Source: Auanema rhodensis (taxonomy: Eukaryota; Animalia; Nematoda). Taken from it: a DNA stretch of 64,000 bases. This document shows positions 40,901 to 54,499 of the stretch, one piece after another. Position 1 is the first letter of the stretch. Every line of letters starts with the position of its first letter. Under the pieces are notes generated by a model. That model searched no databases. It was not told the DNA's origin and was given only the letters and a program-made list of their open reading frames with translations. Both the position numbers and the translations under genes were made by a program. The stretch spans positions 3,906,001 to 3,970,000 of the forward strand of contig OZ059897.1 of the NCBI GenBank assembly GCA_964057225.1, read 5' to 3'.

Positions 40901-43900
40901 TTATCAGATTTGCGCTAGCTTAAAAATGCACCGAGATATCAACTGATATAGGTTCACACTTATATCCTCGATTTTCACCCTGAAGAAATGATTTTTTCGT
41001 TGAATAACATTGTCCATCGTCTTCGTCTTGAAAAAAAAAATCTAAAAACATCTACTTTTTGTGAAATTATTCAGAAATTTTTCGGGAAAATTTTTGTCAA
41101 AATGTTTTTGGAAGCAATGTTGAGTGTACATGGGAACTCAACATACACTAATGCATTATTTTTCAAACGATCATAACTAATTTTTGTATTAAGCGTTTAT
41201 CAATGTAGTATAGTGCATTCGATGCGGATTTTTAAGCTGCGTCGATCTGTGTTATCAGATTTGCGCTAGCTTGAAAATGCACCGAGATATCAACTGATAT
41301 AGGTTCACACTTATATCCTCGATTTTCACCCTGAAGAATTAATTTTTTTCGTTGAATAACATTGTCCATCGTCTTTGCCTTGAAAAAAGGAATCTAAAAA
41401 CATCTACTTTTTGTGAAATTATTTAGAAATTTTTCGGGAAAATTTTTGTCACAATGTTTTTGGAAGCAATGTTGAGTGTACATGGGAACTCAGCATACAC
41501 TAATGCATTATTTTTCAAACGATCATAACTAATTTTTGTATAGAGCGTTTCTCAATGTAGTATAGTGCTGTCGATGTGGATTTTTAAGCTGCGTTGATCT
41601 GTGTTATCAGATTTGAGTTAGCTTAAAAATGCACCGAGATATCAACTGATATATGTTCACGCTTATATCCTCGATTTTCACACTGAAGAAATGATTTTTT
41701 CGTTGAATAACATTGTCCATCGTCTTCGTCTTGAAAAAAGGAATCTAAAAACATCTACTTTTTGTGAAATTATTCAGAAATTTTTCGGGAAAATTTTTGT
41801 CACAATGTTTTTGGAAGCAATGTTGAGTGTACATGGGAACTCAGCATACACTAATGCATTATTTTTCAAACGATCATAACTAATTTTTGTATAGAGCGTT
41901 TCTCAATGTAGTATAGTGCTGTCGATGTGGATTTTTAAGCTGCGTTGATCTGTGTTATCAGATTTGAGTTAGCTTAAAAATGCACCGAGATATCAACTGA
42001 TATAGGTTCACACTTATATCCTCGATTTTCACCCTGAAGAATTAATTTTTTTCGTTGAATAACATTGTCCATCGTCTTTGCCTTGAAAAAAGGAATCTAA
42101 AAACATCTACTTTTTGTTATGATTTAGAAATTTTTCGGGAAAATTTTTGTCACAATGTTTTTGGAAGCAATGTTGAGTGTACATGGGAACTCAGCATACA
42201 CTAATGCATTATTTTTCAAACGATCATAACTAATTTTTGTATAGAGCGTTTCTCAATGTAGTATAGTGCTGTCGATGTGGATTTTTAAGCTGCGTTGATC
42301 TGTGTTATCAGATTTGAGTTAGCTTAAAAATGCACCGAGATATCAACTGATATATGTTCACGCTTATATCCTCGATTTTCACACTGAAGAAATGATTTTT
42401 TCGTTGAATAACATTGTCCATCGTCTTCGTCTTGAAAAAAGGAATCTAAAAACATCTACTTTTTGTGAAATTATTTAGAAATTTTTCGGGAAAATTTTTG
42501 TCAAAATGTTTTTGGAAGCAATGTTGAGTGTACATGGGAACTCAGCATACACTAATGCATTATTTTTCAAACGATCATAACTAATTTTTGTATAGAGCGT
42601 TTCTCAATGTAGTATAGTGCATTCGATGCGGATTTTTAAGCTGCGTCGATCTGTGTTATCAGATTTGAGTTAGCTTAAAAATGCACCGAGATATCAACTG
42701 ATATATGTTCACACTTATATCCTCGATTTTCACCCTGAAGAAATGATTTTTTCGTTAAAAAACATTGTCCATCGTATTCGTCTTGAAAAAAGGAATCTAA
42801 AAACATCTACTTTTTGTGAAATTATTTAGAAATTTTTCGGGAAAATTTTTGTCAAAATGTTTTTGGAAGCAATGTTGAGTGTACATGGGAACTCAACATA
42901 CACTAATGCATTATTTTTCAAACGATCATAACTAATTTTTGTATAGAGCGTTTCTCATTGTAATATAGTGCATTTAATGCGGATTTTTAAGCTGCGTTGA
43001 TCTGTGTTATCAGATTTGCGCTAGCTTAAAAATGCACCGAGTAATCAACTGATATAGGTTCACACTTATATCCTCGATTTTCACCCTGAAGAATTAATTT
43101 TTTCGTTGAATAACATTGTCCATCGTCTTTGCCTTGAAAAAAGAAATCTAAAAACATCTACTTTTTGTGAAATTATTTAGAAATTTTTCGGGAAAATTTT
43201 TGTCACAATGTTTTTGGAAGCAATGTTGAGTGTACATGGGAACTCAGCATACACTAATGCATTATTTTTCAAACGATCATAACTAATTTTCGTATAGAGC
43301 GTTTCTCAATGTAGTATAGTGCTGTCGATGCGGATTTTTAAGCTGCGTTGATCTGTGTTATCAGATTTGAGTTAGCTTAAAAATGCACCGAGATATCAAC
43401 TGATATATGTTCACGCTTATATCCTCGATTTTCACCCTGAAGAAATGATTTTTTCGTTGAATAACATTGTCCATCGTCTTCGTCTTGAAAAAAGGAATCT
43501 AAAAACATCTACTTTTTGTGAAATTATTTAGAAATTTTTCGGGAAAATTTTTGTCAAAATGTTTTTGGAAGCAATGTTGAGTGTACATGGGAACTCAACA
43601 TACACTAATGCATTATTTTTCAAACGATCATAACTAATTTTTGTATTAAGCGTTTATCAATGTAGTATAGTGCATTCGATGCGGATTTTTAAGCTGCGTC
43701 GATCTGTGTTATCAGATTTGCGCTAGCTTGAAAATGCACCGAGATATCAACTGATATAGGTTCACACTTATATCCTCGATTTTCACCCTGAAGAATTAAT
43801 TTTTTTCGTTGAATAACATTGTCCATCGTCTTTGCCTTGAAAAAAGGAATCTAAAAACATCTACTTTTTGTGAAATTATTTAGAAATTTTTCGGGAAAAT

Positions 43901-45837
43901 TTTTGTCACAATGTTTTTGGAAGCAATGTTGAGTGTACATGGGAACTCAGCATACACTAATGCATTATTTTTCAAACGATCATAACTAATTTTTGTATAG
44001 AGCGTTTCTCAATGTAGTATAGTGCTGTCGATGTGGATTTTTAAGCTGCGTTGATCTGTGTTATCAGATTTGAGTTAGCTTAAAAATGCACCGAGATATC
44101 AACTGATATATGTTCACGCTTATATCCTCGATTTTCACACTGAAGAAATGATTTTTTCGTTGAATAACATTGTCCATCGTCTTCGTCTTGAAAAAAGGAA
44201 TCTAAAAACATCTACTTTTTGTGAAATTATTTAGAAATTTTTCGGGAAAATTTTTGTCAAAATGTTTTTGAAAGCAATGTTGAGTGTACATGGGAACTCA
44301 GCATACACTAATGCATTATTTTTCAAACGATCATAACTAATTTTTGTATAGAGCGTTTCTCATTGTAGTATAGTGCATTCGATGCGGATTTTTAAGCTGC
44401 GTTGATCTGTGTTATCAGATTTGAGTTAACTTAAAAATGCACCGAGATATCAACTGATATAGGTTCACACATATATCCTCGATTTTCACCCTGAAGAAAT
44501 GATTTTTTCGTTGAAAAACATTGTCCATCGTATTCGTCTTGAAAAAAGGAATCTAAAAACATCTACTTTTTGTGAAATTATTTAGAAATTTTTCGGGAAA
44601 ATTTTTGTCAAAATGTTTTTGGAAGCAATGTTGAGTGTACATGGGAACTCAACATACACTAATGCATTATTTTTCAAACGATCATAACTAATTTTTGTAT
44701 AGAGCGTTTCTCAATGTAGTATAGTGCATTCGATGCGGATTTTTAAGCTGCGTTGATCTGTGTTATCAGATTTGAGTTAGCTTAAAAATGCACCGAGATA
44801 TCAACTGATATATGTTCACACTTATATCCTCGATTTTCACCCTGAAGAAATGATTTTTTCGTTGAAAAACATTGTCCATCGTATTCGTCTTGAAAAAAGG
44901 AATCTAAAAACATCTACTTTTTGTGAAATTAATTAGAAATTTTTCGGGAAAATTTTTGTCAAAATGTTTTTGGAAGCAATGTTGAGTGTACATGGGAACT
45001 CAACATACACTAATGCATTATTTTTCGAACGATCATAACTAATTTTTGTATAGAGCGTTTCTCATTGTAGTATAGTGCATTCGATGCGGATTTTTAAGCT
45101 GCGTTGATCTGTGTTATCAGATTTGAGTTAACTTAAAAATGCACCGAGATATCAACTGATATAGGTTCACACTTATATCCTCGATTTTCACCCTGAAGAA
45201 ATGATTTTTTCGTTGAAAAACATTGTCCATCGTCTTTGTCTTGAAAAAAGGAATCTAAAAACATCTACTTTTTGTGAAATTATTTAGAAATTTTTCGGGA
45301 AAATTTTTGTCACAATGTTTTTGGAAGCAATGTTGAGTGTACATGGGAACTCAGCATACACTAATGCATTATTTTTCAAACGATCATAACTAATTTTTGT
45401 ATAGAGCGTTTCTCAATGTAGTATAGTGCTGTCGATGTGGATTTTTAAGCTGCGTTGATCTGTGTTATCAGATTTGAGTTAGCTTAAAAATGCACCGAGA
45501 TATCAACTGATATATGTTCACGCTTATATCCTCGATTTTCACACTGAAGAAATGATTTTTTCGTTGAATAACATTGTCCATCGTCTTCGTCTTGAAAAAA
45601 GGAATCTAAAAACATCTACTTTTTGTGAAATTATTTAGAAATTTTTCGGGAAAATTTTTGTCAAAATGTTTTTGGAAGCAATGTTGAGTGTACATGGGAA
45701 CTCAACATACACTAATGCATTATTTTTCAAACGATCATAACTAATTTTTGTATTGAGCGTTTATCAATGTAGTATAGTGCATTCGATGCGGATTTTTAAG
45801 CTGCGTCGATCTGTGTTATCAGATTTGCGCTAGCTTG

Positions 45838-48800
45838 AAAATGCACCGAGATATCAACTGATATAGGTTCACACTTATATCCTCGATTTTCACCCTGAAG
45901 AATTAATTTTTTCATTGAATAACATTGTCCATCGTCTTTGCCTTGAAAAAAGGAATCTAAAAACATCTACTTTTTGTGAAATTATTTAGAAATTTTTCGG
46001 GAAAATTTTTGTCAAAATGTTTTTGGAAGCAATGTTGAGTGTACATGGGAACTCAACATACACTAATGCATTATTTTTCAAACGATCATAACTAATTTTT
46101 GTATAGAGCGTTTCTCAATGTAGTATAGTGCATTCGATGCGGATTTTTAAGCTGCGTCGATCTGTGTTATCAGATTTGAGTTAGCTTAAAAATGCACCGA
46201 GATATCAACTGATATATGTTCACACTTATATCCTCGATTTTCACCCTGAAGAAATGATTTTTTCGTTAAAAAACATTGTCCATCGTATTCGTCTTGAAAA
46301 AAGGAATCTAAAAACATCTACTTTTTGTGAAATTATTTAGAAATTTTTCGGGAAAATTTTTGTCAAAATGTTTTTGGAAGCAATGTTGAGTGTACATGGG
46401 AACTCAACATACACTAATGCATTATTTTTCAAACGATCATAACTAATTTTTGTATAGAGCGTTTATCAATGTAGTATAGTGCATTTAATGCGGATTTTTA
46501 AGCTGCGTTGATCTGTGTTATCAGATTTGCGCTAGCTTAAAAATGCACCGAGTAATCAACTGATATAGGTTCACACTTATATCCTCGATTTTCACCCTGA
46601 AGAATTAATTTTTTCGTTGAATAACATTGTCCATCGTCTTTGCCTTGAAAAAAGAAATCTAAAAACATCTACTTTTTGTGAAATTATTTAGAAATTTTTC
46701 GGGAAACTTTTTGTCACAATGTTTTTGGAAGCAATGTTGAGTGTACATGGGAACTCAGCATACACTAATGCATTATTTTTCAAACGATCATAACTAATTT
46801 TCGTATAGAGCGTTTCTCAATGTAGTATAGTGCTGTCGATGCAGATTTTTAAGCTGCGTTGATCTGTGTTATCAGATTTGAGTTAGCTTAAAAATGCACC
46901 GAGATATCAACTGATATATGTTCACGCTTATATCCTCGATTTTCACCCTGAAGAAATGATTTTTTCGTTGAATAACATTGTCCATCGTCTTCGTCTTGAA
47001 AAAAGGAATCTATAAACATCTACTTTTTGTGAAATTATTTAGAAATTTTTCGGGAAAATTTTTGTCAAAATGTTTTTGGAAGCAATGTTGAGTGTACATG
47101 GGAACTCAACATACACTAATGCATTATTTTTCAAACGATCATAACTAATTTTTGTATTAAGCGTTCATCAATGTAGTATAGTGCATTCGATGCGGATTTT
47201 TAAGCTGCGTCGATCTGTGTTATCAGATTTGCGCTAGCTTGAAAATGCACCGAGATATCAACTGATATAGGTTCACACTTATATCCTCGATTTTCACCCT
47301 GAAGAATTAATTTTTTTCGTTGAATAACATTGTCCATCGTCTTTGCCTTGAAAAAAGGAATCTAAAAACATCTACTTTTTGTGAAATTATTTAGAAATTT
47401 TTCGGGAAAATTTTTGTCACAATGTTTTTGGAAGCAATGTTGAGTGTACATGGGAACTCAGCATACACTAATGCATTATTTTTCAAACGATCATAACTAA
47501 TTTTTGTATAGAGCGTTTCTCAATGTAGTATAGTGCTGTCGATGTGGATTTTTAAGCTGCGTTGATCTGTGTTATCAGATTTGAGTTAGCTTAAAAATGC
47601 ACCGAGATATCAACTGATATATGTTCACGCTTATATCCTCGATTTTCACACTGAAGAAATGATTTTTTCGTTGAATAACATTGTCCATCGTCTTCGTCTT
47701 GAAAAAAGGAATCTAAAAACATCTACTTTTTGTGAAATTATTTAGAAATTTTCCGGGAAAATTTTTGTCAAAATGTTTTTGAAAGCAATGTTGAGTGTAC
47801 ATGGGAACTCAGCATACACTAATGCATTATTTTTCAAACGATCATAACTAATTTTTGTATAGAGCGTTTCTCATTGTAGTATAGTGCATTCGATGCGGAT
47901 TTTTAAGCTGCGTTGATCTGTGTTATCAGATTTGAGTTAACTTAAAAATGCACCGAGATATCAACTGATATAGGTTCACACATATATCCTCGATTTTCAC
48001 CCTGAAGAAATGATTTTTTCGTTGAAAAACATTGTCCATCGTATTCGTCTTGAAAAAAGGAATCTAAAAACATCTACTTTTTGTGAAATTATTTAGAAAT
48101 TTTTCGGGAAAATTTTTGTCAAAATGTTTTTGGAAGCAATGTTGAGTGTACATGGGAACTCAACATACACTAATGCATTATTTTTCAAACGATCATAACT
48201 AATTTTTGTATAGAGCGTTTCTCAATGTAGTATAGTGCATTCGATGCGGATTTTTAAGCTGCGTTCATCTGTGTTATCAGATTTGAGTTAGCTTAAAAAT
48301 GCACCGAGATATCAACTGATATATGTTCACACTTATATCCTCGATTTTCACCCTGAAGAAATGATTTTTTCGTTGAAAAACATTGTCCATCGTATTCGTC
48401 TTGAAAAAAGGAATCTAAAAACATCTACTTTTTGTGAAATTAATTAGAAATTTTTCGGGAAAATTTTTGTCAAAATGTTTTTGGAAGCAATGTTGAGTGT
48501 ACATGGGAACTCAACATACACTAATGCATTATTTTTCGAACGATCATAACTAATTTTTGTATAGAGCGTTTCTCATTGTAGTATAGTGCATTCGATGCGG
48601 ATTTTTAAGCTGCGTTGATCTGTGTTATCAGATTTGAGTTAACTTAAAAATGCACCGAGATATCAACTGATATAGGTTCACACTTATATCCTCGATTTTC
48701 ACCCTGAAGAAATGATTTTTTCGTTGAAAAACATTGTCCATCGTCTTCGTCTTGAAAAAAGGAATCTAAAAACATCTACTTTTTGTGAAATTATTTAGAA

Positions 48801-51800
48801 ATTTTTCGGGAAAATTTTTGTCAAAATGTTTTTGGAAGCAATGTTGAGTGTACATGGAAATTCAACATACACTAATGCATTATTTTTCAAACGATCATAA
48901 CTAATTTTTGTATAGAGCGTTTCTCAATGTAGTATAGTGCATTCGATGCGGATTTTTAAGCTGCGTCGATCTGTGTTATCAGATTTGAGTTAGCTGAAAA
49001 ATGCACCGAGATATCAACTGATATATGTTCACACTTATATCCTCGATTTTCACCCTGAAGAAATGATTTTTTCGTTGAAAAACATTGTCCATCGTATTCG
49101 TCTTGAAAAAAAGAATCTAAAAACATCTACTTTTTGTGAAATTATTCAGAAATTTTTCGGGAAAATTTTTGTCAAAATGTTTTTGGAAGCAATGTTGAGT
49201 GTACATGGGAACTCAGCATACACTAATGCATTATTTTTCAAACGATCATAACTAATTTTTGTATAGAGCGTTTCTCAATGTAGTATAGTGCTGTCGATGT
49301 GGATTTTTAAGCTGCGTTGATCTGTGTTATCAGATTTGAGTTAGCTTAAAAATGCACCGAGATATCAACTGATATAGGTTCACACTTATATCCTCGATTT
49401 TCACCCTGAAGAATTAATTTTTTCATTGAATAACATTGTCCATCGTCTTTGCCTTGAAAAAAGGAATCTAAAAACATCTACTTTTTGTGAAATTATTTAG
49501 AAATTTTTCGGGAAAATTTTTGTCAAAATGTTTTTGGAAGCAATGTTGAGTGTACATGGGAACTCAACATACACTAATGCATTATTTTTCAAACGATCAT
49601 AACTAATTTTTGTATAGAGCGTTTCTCAATGTAGTATAGTGCATTCGATGCGGATTTTTAAGCTGCGTCGATCTGTGTTATCAGATTTGAGTTAGCTTAA
49701 AAATGCACCGAGATATCAACTGATATATGTTCACACTTATATCCTCGATTTTCACCCTGAAGAAATGATTTTTTCGTTAAAAAACATTGTCCATCGTATT
49801 CGTCTTGAAAAAAGGAATCTAAAAACATCTACTTTTTGTGAAATTATTTAGAAATTTTTCGGGAAAATTTTTGTCAAAATGTTTTTGGAAGCAATGTTGA
49901 GTGTACATGGGAACTCAACATACACTAATGCATTATTTTTCAAACGATCATAACTAATTTTTGTATAGAGCGTTTATCAATGTAGTATAGTGCATTTAAT
50001 GCGGATTTTTAAGCTGCGTTGATCTGTGTTATCAGATTTGCGCTAGCTTAAAAATGCACCGAGTAATCAACTGATATAGGTTCACACTTATATCCTCGAT
50101 TTTCACCCTGAAGAATTAATTTTTTCGTTGAATAACATTGTCCATCGTCTTTGCCTTGAAAAAAGAAATCTAAAAACATCTACTTTTTGTGAAATTATTT
50201 AGAAATTTTTCGGGAAACTTTTTGTCACAATGTTTTTGGAAGCAATGTTGAGTGTACATGGGAACTCAGCATACACTAATGCATTATTTTTCAAACGATC
50301 ATAACTAATTTTCGTATAGAGCGTTTCTCAATGTAGTATAGTGCTGTCGATGCAGATTTTTAAGCTGCGTTGATCTGTGTTATCAGATTTGAGTTAGCTT
50401 AAAAATGCACCGAGATATCAACTGATATATGTTCACGCTTATATCCTCGATTTTCACCCTGAAGAAATGATTTTTTCGTTGAATAACATTGTCCATCGTC
50501 TTCGTCTTGAAAAAAGGAATCTATAAACATCTACTTTTTGTGAAATTATTTAGAAATTTTTCGGGAAAATTTTTGTCAAAATGTTTTTGGAAGCAATGTT
50601 GAGTGTACATGGGAACTCAACATACACTAATGCATTATTTTTCAAACGATCATAACTAATTTTTGTATTAAGCGTTCATCAATGTAGTATAGTGCATTCG
50701 ATGCGGATTTTTAAGCTGCGTCGATCTGTGTTATCAGATTTGCGCTAGCTTGAAAATGCACCGAGATATCAACTGATATAGGTTCACACTTATATCCTCG
50801 ATTTTCACCCTGAAGAATTAATTTTTTTCGTTGAATAACATTGTCCATCGTCTTTGCCTTGAAAAAAGGAATCTAAAAACATCTACTTTTTGTGAAATTA
50901 TTTAGAAATTTTTCGGGAAAATTTTTGTCACAATGTTTTTGGAAGCAATGTTGAGTGTACATGGGAACTCAGCATACACTAATGCATTATTTTTCAAACG
51001 ATCATAACTAATTTTTGTATAGAGCGTTTCTCAATGTAGTATAGTGCTGTCGATGTGGATTTTTAAGCTGCGTTGATCTGTGTTATCAGATTTGAGTTAG
51101 CTTAAAAATGCACCGAGATATCAACTGATATATGTTCACGCTTATATCCTCGATTTTCACACTGAAGAAATGATTTTTTCGTTGAATAACATTGTCCATC
51201 GTCTTCGTCTTGAAAAAAGGAATCTAAAAACATCTACTTTTTGTGAAATTATTTAGAAATTTTCCGGGAAAATTTTTGTCAAAATGTTTTTGAAAGCAAT
51301 GTTGAGTGTACATGGGAACTCAGCATACACTAATGCATTATTTTTCAAACGATCATAACTAATTTTTGTATAGAGCGTTTCTCATTGTAGTATAGTGCAT
51401 TCGATGCGGATTTTTAAGCTGCGTTGATCTGTGTTATCAGATTTGAGTTAACTTAAAAATGCACCGAGATATCAACTGATATAGGTTCACACATATATCC
51501 TCGATTTTCACCCTGAAGAAATGATTTTTTCGTTGAAAAACATTGTCCATCGTATTCGTCTTGAAAAAAGGAATCTAAAAACATCTACTTTTTGTGAAAT
51601 TATTTAGAAATTTTTCGGGAAAATTTTTGTCAAAATGTTTTTGGAAGCAATGTTGAGTGTACATGGGAACTCAACATACACTAATGCATTATTTTTCAAA
51701 CGATCATAACTAATTTTTGTATAGAGCGTTTCTCAATGTAGTATAGTGCATTCGATGCGGATTTTTAAGCTGCGTTCATCTGTGTTATCAGATTTGAGTT

Positions 51801-52887
51801 AGCTTAAAAATGCACCGAGATATCAACTGATATATGTTCACACTTATATCCTCGATTTTCACCCTGAAGAAATGATTTTTTCGTTGAAAAACATTGTCCA
51901 TCGTATTCGTCTTGAAAAAAGGAATCTAAAAACATCTACTTTTTGTGAAATTAATTAGAAATTTTTCGGGAAAATTTTTGTCAAAATGTTTTTGGAAGCA
52001 ATGTTGAGTGTACATGGGAACTCAACATACACTAATGCATTATTTTTCGAACGATCATAACTAATTTTTGTATAGAGCGTTTCTCATTGTAGTATAGTGC
52101 ATTCGATGCGGATTTTTAAGCTGCGTTGATCTGTGTTATCAGATTTGAGTTAACTTAAAAATGCACCGAGATATCAACTGATATAGGTTCACACTTATAT
52201 CCTCGATTTTCACCCTGAAGAAATGATTTTTTCGTTGAAAAACATTGTCCATCGTCTTCGTCTTGAAAAAAGGAATCTAAAAACATCTACTTTTTGTGAA
52301 ATTATTTAGAAATTTTTCGGGAAAATTTTTGTCAAAATGTTTTTGGAAGCAATGTTGAGTGTACATGGAAATTCAACATACACTAATGCATTATTTTTCA
52401 AACGATCATAACTAATTTTTGTATAGAGCGTTTCTCAATGTAGTATAGTGCATTCGATGCGGATTTTTAAGCTGCGTCGATCTGTGTTATCAGATTTGAG
52501 TTAGCTGAAAAATGCACCGAGATATCAACTGATATATGTTCACACTTATATCCTCGATTTTCACCCTGAAGAAATGATTTTTTCGTTGAAAAACATTGTC
52601 CATCGTATTCGTCTTGAAAAAAAGAATCTAAAAACATCTACTTTTTGTGAAATTATTCAGAAATTTTTCGGGAAAATTTTTGTCAAAATGTTTTTGGAAG
52701 CAATGTTGAGTGTACATGGGAACTCAGCATACACTAATGCATTATTTTTCAAACGATCATAACTAATTTTTGTATAGAGCGTTTCTCAATGTAGTATAGT
52801 GCTGTCGATGTGGATTTTTAAGCTGCGTTGATCTGTGTTATCAGATTTGAGTTAGCTTAAAAATGCACCGAGATATCAACTGATATA
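45838..52887. repeat. Near-identical tandem duplication of a 10-monomer unit (period 3511 bp)
   Basis: Rare variants recur 3511 bp apart: ttcAttgaat (~45913/49424), gggaaaCttt (46707/50218), gatgcAgatt, ctAtaaacat, gcgttCatc, ttCcggg, tggAaaTtc. ORFs 49063/52574 have the same spacing. Ends were set by the nearest visible mismatches; identity was checked at marker sites, not at every base. Confidence 0.88.
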
Positions 52888-54481
52888 TGTTCACGCTTAT
52901 ATCCTCGATTTTCACACTGAAGAAATGATTTTTTCGTTGAATAACATTGTCCATCGTCTTCGTCTTGAAAAAAGGAATCTAAAAACATCTACTTTTTGTG
53001 AAATTATTTAGAAATTTTCCGGGAAAATTTTTGTCAAAATGTTTTTGAAAGCAATGTTGAGTGTACATGGGAACTCAGCATACACTAATGCATTATTTTT
53101 CAAACGATCATAACTAATTTTTGTATAGAGCGTTTCTCATTGTAGTATAGTGCATTCGATGCGGATTTTTAAGCTGCGTTGATCTGTGTTATCAGATTTG
53201 AGTTAACTTAAAAATGCACCGAGATATCAACTGATATAGGTTCACACATATATCCTCGATTTTCACCCTGAAGAAATGATTTTTTCGTTGAAAAACATTG
53301 TCCATCGTATTCGTCTTGAAAAAAGGAATCTAAAAACATCTACTTTTTGTGAAATTATTTAGAAATTTTTCGGGAAAATTTTTGTCAAAATGTTTTTGGA
53401 AGCAATGTTGAGTGTACATGGGAACTCAACATACACTAATGCATTATTTTTCAAACGATCATAACTAATTTTTGTATAGAGCGTTTCTCAATGTAGTATA
53501 GTGCATTCGATGCGGATTTTTAAGCTGCGTTCATCTGTGTTATCAGATTTGAGTTAGCTTAAAAATGCACCGAGATATCAACTGATATATGTTCACACTT
53601 ATATCCTCGATTTTCACCCTGAAGAAATGATTTTTTCGTTGAAAAACATTGTCCATCGTATTCGTCTTGAAAAAAGGAATCTAAAAACATCTACTTTTTG
53701 TGAAATTAATTAGAAATTTTTCGGGAAAATTTTTGTCAAAATGTTTTTGGAAGCAATGTTGAGTGTACATGGGAACTCAACATACACTAATGCATTATTT
53801 TTCGAACGATCATAACTAATTTTTGTATAGAGCGTTTCTCATTGTAGTATAGTGCATTCGATGCGGATTTTTAAGCTGCGTTGATCTGTGTTATCAGATT
53901 TGAGTTAACTTAAAAATGCACCGAGATATCAACTGATATAGGTTCACACTTATATCCTCGATTTTCACCCTGAAGAAATGATTTTTTCGTTGAAAAACAT
54001 TGTCCATCGTCTTCGTCTTGAAAAAAGGAATCTAAAAACATCTACTTTTTGTGAAATTATTTAGAAATTTTTCGGGAAAATTTTTGTCAAAATGTTTTTG
54101 GAAGCAATGTTGAGTGTACATGGAAATTCAACATACACTAATGCATTATTTTTCAAACGATCATAACTAATTTTTGTATAGAGCGTTTCTCAATGTAGTA
54201 TAGTGCATTCGATGCGGATTTTTAAGCTGCGTCGATCTGTGTTATCAGATTTGAGTTAGCTGAAAAATGCACCGAGATATCAACTGATATATGTTCACAC
54301 TTATATCCTCGATTTTCACCCTGAAGAAATGATTTTTTCGTTGAAAAACATTGTCCATCGTATTCGTCTTGAAAAAAAGAATCTAAAAACATCTACTTTT
54401 TGTGAAATTATTCAGAAATTTTTCGGGAAAATTTTTGTCAAAATGTTTTTGGAAGCAATGTTGAGTGTACATGGGAACTCA
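50932..54481. repeat. Tandem duplication of a 5-monomer unit (period 1755 bp)
   Basis: ttCcggg at 51264/53019, tggAaaTtc at 52366/54121 and ORFs at 52574/54329 are each 1755 bp apart. Confidence 0.85.
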
Positions 54482-54499
54482 ACATACACTAATGCATTA

